This document shows, piece by piece, positions 44,297 through 53,135 of a DNA stretch of 64,000 bases. A program made the position numbers and the translations under genes. The notes beneath the pieces are model-generated. The model was given only the letters and a program-made list of their open reading frames with translations, was not told the DNA's origin and did not search any database. Positions within the stretch are counted from its first letter, which is position 1. Each line of letters begins with the position of its first letter. The DNA lies in the NCBI GenBank assembly GCA_938009905.1, contig CALLGK010000027.1:17426-81425 (forward strand), in the 5' to 3' direction. This DNA comes from an uncultured Acidimicrobiales bacterium (GTDB lineage Bacteria > Actinomycetota > Acidimicrobiia > Acidimicrobiales > SZUA-35).

Positions 44297-44709
44297 TCCT
44301 CCTCTGTCTGTTCCACGCCGGTCACCACGCCACTGTCGTCGGTCTCGGGCGACGAGACAAAACTGCGGTAGATGCCGAGCAACAAACCCTTCTGTTCACT
44401 GGTGAGCTCCGCGGCCCTGCGAATCGCTGCCTCGACGTCTGTCGGCTCGGGGGCGCGCTCTGCATCGAGGATGCCGGCTTGCACGTAGAGCGTCTCGGAT
44501 GAGATCTCGAGCGCCTTTGCGATCTGCTGCAGAATCTCCGCCGATGGTCGACGAAGCCCGCGCTCAATCTGGCTCAGGTACGGGTTTGAGACCCCAGCCA
44601 TCTCGGCCAGGCGGCGAACGGAAAGCTCAGCAAGCCGGCGTTGATCCTTGATGAAGGCGCCGAGGTTGTTGCTGTCGTCTGTTTGCTCCGAATCCACGAG
44701 GCGCGTCAA
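44293..44709 (-). CDS. XRE-family helix-turn-helix transcriptional regulator
   Basis: LSVRRLAEMAGVSNPYLSQIERGLRRPSAEILQQIAKAL HTH_3 pattern; TTGA-type overlaps with both neighbours. Confidence 0.8.
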   Translation of the reverse strand: MTRLVDSEQTDDSNNLGAFIKDQRRLAELSVRRLAEMAGVSNPYLSQIERGLRRPSAEILQQIAKALEISSETLYVQAGILDAERAPEPTDVEAAIRRAAELTSEQKGLLLGIYRSFVSSPETDDSGVVTGVEQTEED

Positions 44710-45251
44710 CCCAGGATCGAGTCGACGCTGGCCTCTCCGTCGCGGTAACGCCGACCGATTTCTGACTGAATGGCGTCGATGCGCTCGTGGAGTTGTCGGC
44801 GAACGGAGGAGAGTTCGACTTCGAAGGCACGAATCCGCTCGAACAGCTCGCGCAGATCGCCGTCGCTGAGGGTCTCGATGTTTGACAACACCGTCGGCGA
44901 GGCCATGGTGTCGAGCGACTTGACCATCTCGGCAGCAACCTCACCTGGTTCGCCAACGCGGACAGCTCGGGCCCCTGGCGTGGAGCCTCCGCCCGCTGGC
45001 GCATCGCTGAGGATCTCGGGCAGGTCGAACAGCAAGGCGGTGAGGTCGCCGTCTGCTGGCTCAGCACCAGCTCGACGAGCCGTTTCGTGCCCGACGATGT
45101 CGAGGCGCCCCTGCGAAACGCGACGAACCAGCGAGATGTCACTCTCGACGTCGCTGCATTCGACGCGAATGCGTCGCAGCTGATCGAGCGGACGGGTGGT
45201 GAGGCCGGTGAGGATCTCAGGGTCGAGGAGGCGTTCGAGCTGTGGAATCAC
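44706..45251 (-). CDS. RsiG-like coiled-coil protein with two ExxxSxxRxxx(Q/H)xxxD motifs
   Basis: ESDISLVRRVSQGRLD (45099..45146) and EVELSSVRRQLHERID (44775..44822); start set at GTG 45251 because the longer ORF overlaps the upstream membrane-protein gene; no strong SD. Confidence 0.55.
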   Translation of the reverse strand: MIPQLERLLDPEILTGLTTRPLDQLRRIRVECSDVESDISLVRRVSQGRLDIVGHETARRAGAEPADGDLTALLFDLPEILSDAPAGGGSTPGARAVRVGEPGEVAAEMVKSLDTMASPTVLSNIETLSDGDLRELFERIRAFEVELSSVRRQLHERIDAIQSEIGRRYRDGEASVDSILG

Positions 45252-45291
45252 GGTTTCTGAGGCTACCGGAGTTTGCGAACGCCCCCGGGAT

Positions 45292-46200
45292 CTAGACCAG
45301 GAGGAGCCATAGCGGGGCGGCGACGAGATAGCTGTCGAGGCGACGAAGCGCAGGCGCCCAGGCGTCACCCCGCGGCAACACAGCCGAGCCTGCGATCTGA
45401 CCGACCGGACAGCAAATGGCCGTGAGGGCGGCGAACAGTGGAAGGGTCGTGGCGTCGAAGGGCTCTGGCAGAACAAGGAAGAGTCCAAAGGCCACAACGC
45501 CGAGGCACACAATGCCGGCGATGGGTCCCTCGACCGCATTGGCCGAACCCGTTCCAACAAGGAAGTCGCCCATCTCATATGCGCTCACCAGCACAACGAG
45601 CGCGAACGCAGCCTCGGGGAACCACCCCGCGAGCGCTCCAAGCGAGCCAGCAGCTAGGCCAACGGGAAGCGACGAACGGATCGTTACCTCGGTCATGCGG
45701 ATGACCGACTCTCGGCGTTCTGCCGCGTTCCGAACCCGATGGCGAACGCCAAAAGCGCAATACGCCAGCGCGCCGATGGCGCACAGCGAGACGGCAACGC
45801 CAAGACCGAAGGTGCCAGCGGCCGCACCAGCAGCGGTGCCTCCGGCGAGCAGACCAGACACGCGTCGATCGGCAAGGGTGTGGCGAGTCCACGCCTGGCC
45901 TGTCTGCAGCGCGGCGACGACAGCGACTACTCCAGCAACGGCAACAACGGCAAGGGGCGACACCCGGAGCGCAGCAATCACCGCGGCAAACCACAAGACG
46001 CCGAGCGTGATCTTCGGACCGTCGGTGCGGTACGGGACGCTCAGCCGTTGTTGACGCCAGCGGGCCTCACGACTCTTCGTGCGTCGAGCGAGCTCGGCCG
46101 ATCGACGGGCCCGCATCTGGCCGACCACATTGCGCGAGCCTGGGCCATCGCGCGAGGGCTCATCGACCGTGCGGCCGGAGCGGGCCGGCCCAGTGGTCAT
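45292..46200 (-). CDS. Polytopic membrane protein, distant CdsA (CTP_transf_1)-like
   Basis: 302 aa, basic N-terminus then ~7 hydrophobic helices; C-terminal ...ALRRLDSYLVAAPLW resembles the DRxDSxxxxAP end of phosphatidate cytidylyltransferases, other CdsA motifs not seen. Confidence 0.45.
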   Translation of the reverse strand: MTTGPARSGRTVDEPSRDGPGSRNVVGQMRARRSAELARRTKSREARWRQQRLSVPYRTDGPKITLGVLWFAAVIAALRVSPLAVVAVAGVVAVVAALQTGQAWTRHTLADRRVSGLLAGGTAAGAAAGTFGLGVAVSLCAIGALAYCAFGVRHRVRNAAERRESVIRMTEVTIRSSLPVGLAAGSLGALAGWFPEAAFALVVLVSAYEMGDFLVGTGSANAVEGPIAGIVCLGVVAFGLFLVLPEPFDATTLPLFAALTAICCPVGQIAGSAVLPRGDAWAPALRRLDSYLVAAPLWLLLV

Positions 46201-46433
46201 CCGCCAGAGACCGGCGGCAACACGGCCACCTCGTCGGCGTCACCGACGGGATCGGTGCCAGTGGCCGGCGAGCCGTTGAGCCACACTTTCGAGCCAGCGA
46301 CGATGACCGAAAACGCCTCGCCGTATTGGCTTTTGGCCTGTTCAAGCACCTCGTCAACGGTCGCACCATCGATTGTTGTCGATCCGACACCGGCGATTTC
46401 CCGGGCTTGGGCGAACATGCGCAAAACGGCCAC
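46197..46433 (-). CDS. moaD: MoaD/ThiS-family sulfur-carrier protein
   Basis: 78 aa, ...FAQAREIAG..., ends ...VAVLPPVSGG (C-terminal Gly-Gly). Confidence 0.75.
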   Translation of the reverse strand: MAVLRMFAQAREIAGVGSTTIDGATVDEVLEQAKSQYGEAFSVIVAGSKVWLNGSPATGTDPVGDADEVAVLPPVSGG

Positions 46434-46497
46434 GGGTCGAGTCTAGGAGACAGCCTGCAGCGTCAACATCCGGGCCAATCGCATTAGCGTCGTCTGC

Positions 46498-47127
46498 GTG
46501 TCTTCTGAAACAACGACGCTGCTGCTGGTCCGTCACGGACAATCAACATGGAATGCGGAGGGTCGTTGGCAAGGCCAGGCCAATCCCCCGCTTTCCGAGC
46601 TGGGTCGAGAGCAGGCTCGGATGGCCAGTCAAAAGATTGGCACGGTCGACATCATCGTCACCTCGCCCCAAGATCGAGCGGCGACAACGGCTGCCATCAT
46701 CGCTGAACATCTCGGTGTAGGACCGATCGTGATGCACGACGATCTACGCGAGCGCAATGCCGGGCCGTGGTCTGGCCTCACACGGGCCGACATCGAAGCT
46801 GAGTACCCAGGGTGGCTCGATGAAGACCGCCGGCCAGATGGATACGAGACAGACGAGCACCTGCTGGAACGAGTCGATCGGGCGTTGCGGTCGATCGTGT
46901 CGGAGAACCCCGGTGCCACGGTGTTGGTGTTGTGCCACGGCGGCGTCATTCACAACTTCGAACTGGCCAACGGATTGCAGGACGGGCGGCTGCCAAACCT
47001 CTCCGGTCGAGTGGTGTCGCTCACGACAAACGCCAGCAGTGCGAGCGAGCCGAGCTGGGTGTTCGGCGAGTCACTTCAGTTGCTCGACGACGACCAGCTC
47101 ACGGGTGGAGAACGGCACCGGGTGTGA
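46498..47127 (+). CDS. Histidine phosphatase family protein (phosphoglycerate-mutase-like)
   Basis: LLLVRHGQSTWNAEGRWQG catalytic RHG motif; ...VLCHGGVI second His motif. Confidence 0.85.
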   Translation: MSSETTTLLLVRHGQSTWNAEGRWQGQANPPLSELGREQARMASQKIGTVDIIVTSPQDRAATTAAIIAEHLGVGPIVMHDDLRERNAGPWSGLTRADIEAEYPGWLDEDRRPDGYETDEHLLERVDRALRSIVSENPGATVLVLCHGGVIHNFELANGLQDGRLPNLSGRVVSLTTNASSASEPSWVFGESLQLLDDDQLTGGERHRV

Positions 47128-47630
47128 CCACAAAGGACGCACCCCGGCTCGAGCACGTCGTCATTCGAAGTGCCCGTCGAAAGAAGACGGCACAGGCGGC
47201 GATGAAACGTGGCGTGCTCGAGATCCGGATTCCCGGCCGCTCAACCAAGGCGGAAGAACACGAGTACGTCACGTACTTTCTCGACCGGTTCGAACGGCGG
47301 CAGACCACGGCAACCGTCGATCTCGATGCGCGAGCACGTGCCCTCGCTGCCACACACGATCTGGAACGACCGGCGTCAATCGTTTGGGTGAGCAATCAAG
47401 AGCAGCGGTGGGGTTCATGCACACCGGCCGAAGGCACAGTCCGCCTCAGTGACCGCATGGCAGGGTTCCCGTTGTGGGTCATCGACTACGTGATCGTGCA
47501 CGAACTCGCTCATCTGACCGAGCCGAATCACAGTTCGGCCTTCTGGGAGATCGTGAATCGCTATCCGCTTACCGAGCGGGCCCGTGGCTATCTGATCGCC
47601 AAGTCAGATGGCGATGTAAAGAGCGAGTAG
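47124..47630 (+). CDS. YgjP-like (DUF45/M48-related) metal-dependent hydrolase
   Basis: ...RWGSCTPAEGTVRLSDRMAGFPLWVIDYVIVHELAHLTEPNHSSAFW with HELAH zinc motif; GTG 47124 overlaps upstream stop (GTGA). Confidence 0.8.
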   Translation: MTTKDAPRLEHVVIRSARRKKTAQAAMKRGVLEIRIPGRSTKAEEHEYVTYFLDRFERRQTTATVDLDARARALAATHDLERPASIVWVSNQEQRWGSCTPAEGTVRLSDRMAGFPLWVIDYVIVHELAHLTEPNHSSAFWEIVNRYPLTERARGYLIAKSDGDVKSE

Positions 47631-47636
47631 TCGTCG

Positions 47637-47834
47637 CTACGACGCAGCAGCCTGATCGCGACTGGCGTCGAGCTCGGCGAGGGTCGCATCGATCCGATTG
47701 AGGTCGGCCTCGAGATCATCGAGATCAACCATCGACGGCAGGCTCTCGACCACCTCGGGAGGCGCGGGCTGCGGTTCTGGCTGCGGAGCGTTGGCGAACG
47801 CTGGCATGGGATTCGAAGAATCGTGCTGCATCAC
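47637..47834 (-). CDS. Hypothetical small acidic protein (65 aa)
   Basis: ORF only; Pro-rich N-half, acidic helical C-half (DLDDLEADLNRIDATLAELD); tightly packed after lipoprotein gene. Confidence 0.35.
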   Translation of the reverse strand: MMQHDSSNPMPAFANAPQPEPQPAPPEVVESLPSMVDLDDLEADLNRIDATLAELDASRDQAAAS

Positions 47835-47843
47835 GCGGCCACA

Positions 47844-48968
47844 CTATTCGTCCACGGCTTCGGTTCCATCGCTCCGACCAACAACAAGGGGTTGGCGGGC
47901 AAACACGGCGTCCACGGGCTCGAGCTCAATGGGCACAATCGTCTCGACGGACTCGCCGTCGGTATTCAGGACAACAACGTTGTTGAGGTTGGCGTCGTTG
48001 AGATCTTGATCAGTCCGGATGAAGGCCAGTCGGGTGCCGTCGAACGACAGGGCTCGAACGTCTTGGCCAACTCCGCCAATCGGCATGGTGAACACGACAG
48101 CGCCGCTTCCAAGCTCACGTACGACCACGTCTGTGGTCGCCACCACGCCATCGCTCCGGTACGTCAGCACCGTGTAGGCAACCAGGGTTGCATCGGGACT
48201 CAGGTCAACCGCCCCGTAGGAGGGCCGGCGATCAACAGCACATGGCGGCGTCGCGGGCCCACCGACGTCGACCACCTCGCCGCTCGAGTTCCAGAACAGC
48301 AGGTCGCCACAGGCGGCATCAGCCACGATCACGGCGTGGAGTCCCTCGCTGGCCGAGAGGTCAACGAGGGTTTGCCCTTCGGCCAAGGTGGCGAAGGGTG
48401 CGCGTTCGCCATCGACCAGCTTGATTCGATCGACGCCAACGCCCTCAACGCTCACGAGCACGTGAGCCTCAAGTGTGGAGTCGATGAAGCCAACGTCAAG
48501 GAGACCCACGCCTCGAGCCAGCACGGTGCCAGCCGGGTCGGCCGGACGGAGCCACAGCACGGTCTGCTGCTCAACACCTTCGTCGTCAGCCCGGACATCT
48601 TGGATGACGAGTCCACCAAAGAAGTCGTCAACGACTCGGTCGGGCACGACGCCTTCACCGAGCCCAAGCACCGCGGCAACAGGATCGGCAGAGAGATCGT
48701 CGACAATCACCGTGCTGTCGGCGCCGACCACGGCGATTGAGGGCACGTAGCCGTCTGGACGAGGCGGCGAAAACACAGGAAGGGGCGTCGCCTCTTGTTC
48801 GACACTTTCGTCGACGACTTCGTCATCGCTGACAGGCTCGTCGTCTCCCGCGTTGTCGTCGCTCGTGTTGGCTGGGGTCGCTGAACCCACCCCAAGATCC
48901 GGCTCGCCGATTTCGGCGCACGCCCCGAGCACCACAACAAGAGCCACGAGCAGAGTGGCCATGCGCAT
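47844..48968 (-). CDS. Lipoprotein, beta-propeller-like, unknown function
   Basis: Start chosen at ATG 48968: MRMATLLVALVVVLGAC lipobox; repetitive beta-strand-rich sequence; upstream part of ORF-track model lacks protein-like character. Confidence 0.6.
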   Translation of the reverse strand: MRMATLLVALVVVLGACAEIGEPDLGVGSATPANTSDDNAGDDEPVSDDEVVDESVEQEATPLPVFSPPRPDGYVPSIAVVGADSTVIVDDLSADPVAAVLGLGEGVVPDRVVDDFFGGLVIQDVRADDEGVEQQTVLWLRPADPAGTVLARGVGLLDVGFIDSTLEAHVLVSVEGVGVDRIKLVDGERAPFATLAEGQTLVDLSASEGLHAVIVADAACGDLLFWNSSGEVVDVGGPATPPCAVDRRPSYGAVDLSPDATLVAYTVLTYRSDGVVATTDVVVRELGSGAVVFTMPIGGVGQDVRALSFDGTRLAFIRTDQDLNDANLNNVVVLNTDGESVETIVPIELEPVDAVFARQPLVVGRSDGTEAVDE

Positions 48969-49146
48969 GAACTCGTTGTGCCTGGGCCAACGAGCGCGCC
49001 CGGCAAGATGCGGATGGGGAAACAGCACGGCTGCCATGTTGTCATCTCGCAGCGTGATCGTGTGACCACCCGTACGGACCAGCGGGATTGAGCAGCAGTT
49101 CCGAACCCAGCGCGGAAAGAAGGCGTGGACCACTAGCCTCTTGTGC

Positions 49147-49221
49147 GCCCCTGTGGCGCAGCCTGGTTAGCGCAGTGGACTTTTAATCCATTGGTCGTGG
49201 GTTCGAATCCCACCGGGGGCA
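49147..49221 (+). tRNA. tRNA-Lys (anticodon UUU)
   Basis: Hand-folded cloverleaf: acceptor GCCCCTG/CGGGGGC, D-arm GCGC-agcctggttag-GCGC, anticodon arm GTGGA-CTTTTAA-TCCAT, T-arm GTGGG-TTCGAAT-CCCAC, discriminator A. Confidence 0.9.
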
Positions 49222-49312
49222 CGTGGAATCATTGTGAAGCCCTCGTGGCCGATAAGGATTCCTACAAGCCAGTTTCAACGAACGAAGATCGAACGTAGCG
49301 CCGGAGCCCAAC

Positions 49313-49726
49313 GTGCCGAAGAAAACCATCGAACTCGACACTCCGTTTCGCAAGGGTGAGCAGGTGCTCACGACCCGCGATCTTCGGGGTGCGCCCGAAG
49401 GAACTGTCGGCAAGATCAAACTCATCAACGGCCTCAGTGACGTCTCGGGCGGCACGCCGTGGCTTCGCTACTGGGTCCGGTTCGAAGACGGCTCCCTCCT
49501 CGGACACGTCGATCACGAAGACCTCGTCCGCCCCGACATGGTTGAGGCGTGGCAGGCCCGCATCGAAGAGCGAGCGGCGGCAGCCGAAGCCGCAGCAAAC
49601 GCCGAGGCCGCACCGGCCGCTGATGCCGGAGCTCCTGCAGCTGGTGGTGGCGGTGGCATCGAGTCGATGATTCCCGCCGCCCTCCTCGAACGCAGTCGAG
49701 CGGCCAAAGCCCGTCTTCTGGGATGA
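49313..49726 (+). CDS. Hypothetical small soluble protein with C-terminal IPAALLERSRAAKARL motif
   Basis: 137 aa, GTG start; beta-rich N-domain (GTVGKIKLINGL...WLRYWVRFEDGSLLGHVDHEDL), Ala-rich linker, C-terminal motif shared with cytochrome subunits; stop overlaps ATG of next gene (ATGA). Confidence 0.6.
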   Translation: MPKKTIELDTPFRKGEQVLTTRDLRGAPEGTVGKIKLINGLSDVSGGTPWLRYWVRFEDGSLLGHVDHEDLVRPDMVEAWQARIEERAAAAEAAANAEAAPAADAGAPAAGGGGGIESMIPAALLERSRAAKARLLG

Positions 49727-50799
49727 GCCATCTTCCCAAGCTTGCGATCCTGGCGGCGTTTGCCGTCGGCATCGCTGGGTGCGGGCAAGTTGAGGACTAC
49801 GCGGGTGTCGCCGCCCCCAATGCCGACGTCGGGTCTGACGAGGGTTCCGCAGCCGGCGGCCAGAGCGATGGCGATACCGACGCTGACGACGAGGGCGGCA
49901 GCACAACGGCAGACGCCGACTCAGGCGACGAATCCGACGGCGCGATGTCAGACAGTGACAACGCTGATGGGGGCGATGCTGGCAGTGACGATGCCGACAG
50001 CACTGATGCCCCAGGCGAAAGCAGCGACGACACAAACGCTGGCAACGACAGCGACGACAACAGTTCTGAGCCGGCAGACGATCCCGAGCCAGAACCAGAC
50101 ACCGTGCCGATGCTCAACGTGCAGGTGGTCAACACCTACCCCCACGACAGTGGGGCGTTCACCCAGGGTTTGACGGTCATCGATGGCGTGCTGCTTGAGA
50201 GCACCGGCCTCTACGGATCGTCGTCACGACGTCGAGTCGGCCTCACGAACGGTGAAGTATCAACCAGCGTGCCACTTGACGAATCGCTGTTTGGCGCCGG
50301 CCTCACGGTTGTCGATGGCTCAACGGTGATCCAGCTGACCTGGCGCGAGGGTGTGGCCATCGTGAGCGACGTGCTCACACTCCAAGAATTCGACCGCTTC
50401 AACTACAGCGGTGAGGGGTGGGGCCTGTGTTCCGATGACGACCGACTCATCATGAGCGACGGTTCGTCAACCCTCATCGTGCGCGACCCGATGAGCTTCG
50501 CCCAAGCCGGCACCATCGACGTGACTCGCGACGGACAGCCCGTCTCCAAACTCAATGAACTCGAGTGTGTTGGCACCGACATTTGGGCCAACGTGTGGCT
50601 CACCAACGAAATCGTGCGCATCGACGGCACAACCGGCGAAGTGACCGGCGTTGCTGATCTCACGGCTCTTGTCCCTCCAGGGCCACTCGGCGACGAAGAC
50701 GTGCTCAATGGAATTGCTTACGACCCCGCGACCAACGCGTTCTACGTCACCGGCAAGAATTGGGACCTGCTCTACGAAGTCAGCTTCAGCGATTCGTGA
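49723..50799 (+). CDS. Lipoprotein glutaminyl-peptide cyclotransferase (beta-propeller type) with ~95-aa acidic D/S/G-rich linker
   Basis: Lipobox LAAFAVGIAGC; YPHDSGAFTQGL...LLESTGLYGSSSRRRV...  typical bacterial/plant QC; low-complexity acidic region 49819..50100. Confidence 0.85.
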   Translation: MSHLPKLAILAAFAVGIAGCGQVEDYAGVAAPNADVGSDEGSAAGGQSDGDTDADDEGGSTTADADSGDESDGAMSDSDNADGGDAGSDDADSTDAPGESSDDTNAGNDSDDNSSEPADDPEPEPDTVPMLNVQVVNTYPHDSGAFTQGLTVIDGVLLESTGLYGSSSRRRVGLTNGEVSTSVPLDESLFGAGLTVVDGSTVIQLTWREGVAIVSDVLTLQEFDRFNYSGEGWGLCSDDDRLIMSDGSSTLIVRDPMSFAQAGTIDVTRDGQPVSKLNELECVGTDIWANVWLTNEIVRIDGTTGEVTGVADLTALVPPGPLGDEDVLNGIAYDPATNAFYVTGKNWDLLYEVSFSDS

Positions 50800-51740
50800 T
50801 TCCGTCCACACGTGTTTGGAGGCGGCTGGTTCCCTGGGTTGTCGCGTTCGCACTGGCAGGGGCGTCGTGCACCACGGCCCCAACCGATCCGATCGCCAGT
50901 GACAGCAGCTCACCAACAACACTTGCGTCAGCCACGACGGAGCCTCCCGAAACAGAATCCGACACCAACACAAGCGCTCCAACGAGCTCGTCGCCCTCCG
51001 ATGATGAGATCGAACAGCCAGAGATCCAGAAGCTCGAGGGCAACTACGGCGTGCAGATCGTGTCGGCCTGGCCCCACGACGCAACGGCCTACACCCAGGG
51101 GCTCGAACTGCACGATGGCCGGTTGCTCGAATCAACAGGTCTCTATGGCGAGAGCGAACGACGCTGGGTCGACCCGGTTTCTGGTGAGGTCCTTGAACGC
51201 ACCGAGATCAGCAGCGACTTCTTTGGGGAAGGCATCACGTTGGTTGACGGCACGGTGTACCAACTCACGTGGTTGTCCGGTCAGCTACTGATCGCCGAGG
51301 GAGACAATCTCGGCGAGGTGGGATCCGACACCTACACCGGAGAGGGCTGGGGGCTGTGCGCCTTAAATGACCAGTTCGTGATGTCGAACGGGTCAGACCA
51401 GCTCGCCTTCCGATCGATCCCAGACTTCGACGTTGTTCGAACCGTCAGCGTGATCGATGCCGAGGGCAACCCGGTTGGGGCCCTCAACGAGCTGGAGTGC
51501 GTCGGTGATCAGGTGCTCGCCAACATCTATGGCCTCGACTCGATCGTCGTGATCGACGCAGCAACCGGAGCGGTCGATGCGGTGATCGACGCATCGGCGT
51601 TGCGACCACCGACGGCACCCGCCGATGACTTCGACTACGTGCTCAACGGCATTGCGTACGACGAGACGACAGGCAACTACCTGCTCACCGGCAAGTTGTG
51701 GGACACCCTCTACGAAGTCACGTTTGTGCCGTCTTCTTAA
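50796..51740 (+). CDS. Second lipoprotein glutaminyl-peptide cyclotransferase paralogue
   Basis: GTG 50796 overlaps upstream stop (GTGA); lipobox FALAGASC; WPHDATAYTQGLELHDGRLLESTGLYGESERRWV. Confidence 0.85.
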   Translation: MIPSTRVWRRLVPWVVAFALAGASCTTAPTDPIASDSSSPTTLASATTEPPETESDTNTSAPTSSSPSDDEIEQPEIQKLEGNYGVQIVSAWPHDATAYTQGLELHDGRLLESTGLYGESERRWVDPVSGEVLERTEISSDFFGEGITLVDGTVYQLTWLSGQLLIAEGDNLGEVGSDTYTGEGWGLCALNDQFVMSNGSDQLAFRSIPDFDVVRTVSVIDAEGNPVGALNELECVGDQVLANIYGLDSIVVIDAATGAVDAVIDASALRPPTAPADDFDYVLNGIAYDETTGNYLLTGKLWDTLYEVTFVPSS

Positions 51741-51746
51741 GAAGAC

Positions 51747-52496
51747 TCAGGCGTCTTGAGCTTCGAGCGTCTGGGACTCAGGCTCGGCAAGCAGCGCAGG
51801 CAGGTGCGTCATCATTCGCTCGTAGAGCTCGTCACCAGCTGGCGACATCAGATGGTCGACACCGGGCAGCAGCCAGAGCTCGCCCGTGCCGGCAAGCATC
51901 CTGACCATCTCGCTCGACTGATGCGGCAAGATCTGATCGTTTGTGCCGTGCACAAAGAGGAGATCTCGATCGTGCAGCCGCTCAGCCATTTCACAGCCTG
52001 CTGATTGCGTCGCAAAGGTGACGACGCCCGGCACCGATTGCACGTCGAGGTGGCAGGCGGCCTGAATGGCCACAGCACCGCCGAAGGAATGACCAAGCAC
52101 GGCGAACCGAAGTGCTCCGTGGCGGGCCGCGAGTTCCATGGCGGCAAGCGTGTCGTGCACACACATCGCCATGTCGTTTGGCCGCCGGTAGCTCACCCGC
52201 AGCACGCCAATCCCCTGCTCGGCCAGACCGACACCGACGCGATGGTAGAGACCGCCGTCCGGACCCAGCAGACCACCCATGGCTCCGCCGACACAGACGA
52301 CCACGGCCGAGGCGTCTGCGGGGCCGTGCCACAGCACCGAGAGCAAGCCACGCGAGGTGTACAACTCGAGATGATCGAGGTGTTCGCTGATGGGCACCGT
52401 CTGCATCGCAAGGGTGCCGAGCGCGTCGAGGGGCGTGTCGTCTTCCGGTTGACTGGCCGGGTCGGCCGCAGTCGTTGGATCGTCTGCCATGGCCAA
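51747..52496 (-). CDS. Alpha/beta hydrolase (dienelactone-hydrolase-like)
   Basis: Nucleophile elbow VLGHSFGG; ...FVHGTNDQILP... and C-terminal His region. Confidence 0.75.
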   Translation of the reverse strand: MAMADDPTTAADPASQPEDDTPLDALGTLAMQTVPISEHLDHLELYTSRGLLSVLWHGPADASAVVVCVGGAMGGLLGPDGGLYHRVGVGLAEQGIGVLRVSYRRPNDMAMCVHDTLAAMELAARHGALRFAVLGHSFGGAVAIQAACHLDVQSVPGVVTFATQSAGCEMAERLHDRDLLFVHGTNDQILPHQSSEMVRMLAGTGELWLLPGVDHLMSPAGDELYERMMTHLPALLAEPESQTLEAQDA

Positions 52497-52544
52497 TGCC
52501 TAGCAGCCTTCGTAGAGCGGAATGGAGTGAAGTACGGTGCAGCG

Positions 52545-53135
52545 GTGCGTTGGCTCGTAGTTCGTGCGATTGTCGACCCGGGATCGGTCGAGGCAGAAGC
52601 AGCTGACGCGCTTGTTGCTGCCCTCAACGCTGGTGGGCACGACGTCGACGAGATCGACTTGGCCGGCGACGCCATCACAATCTGCATGACGGCCGATGAA
52701 CACCGGGCCTACGAATCGGTCGGGGCCGACCATCCTGACCCCGTCACCGCCGCCCACATCAGCCTTCTGCAGGCCGCAGACGGAATCGCCTTTGCCTTTC
52801 CGACCATGTGGATGGCGCCAGCTGCGCTCAAAGGGTGGCTCGAGCGAGTAATGCTCCCCGACATTGCGTTTCGCCTCGACGAGAAGTCGAGAGTGTTGAA
52901 GCCGGGGCTCACAAACGTGAGGCACCTCGCCGTGGTGACCACCACCGACCATCCCAAGAAACACCGCCTCGCCTACGGCGACCCGGCCAGACGCCTCGTG
53001 ATGCGTTCCATCCGGTCGCTGTGCAACCGGCGATGCAAAACAACGTGGCTTGCCATGCACGATCGCTCCCGCGCCAGCGACACCGAGGCGGCATCGTTCG
53101 TTGCTCGCGTCAGTTCGACATTCGAGGCGCTGTGA
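52545..53135 (+). CDS. Flavodoxin-like-fold NAD(P)H oxidoreductase family protein
   Basis: VRWLVVRAIVDP..., ...LLQAADGIAFAFPTMWMAPAALKGWLERV (Flavodoxin_2 pattern); start ambiguous (GTG 52527 or 52545); the long ORF-track model overlaps the opposite-strand hydrolase. Confidence 0.65.
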   Translation: MRWLVVRAIVDPGSVEAEAADALVAALNAGGHDVDEIDLAGDAITICMTADEHRAYESVGADHPDPVTAAHISLLQAADGIAFAFPTMWMAPAALKGWLERVMLPDIAFRLDEKSRVLKPGLTNVRHLAVVTTTDHPKKHRLAYGDPARRLVMRSIRSLCNRRCKTTWLAMHDRSRASDTEAASFVARVSSTFEAL

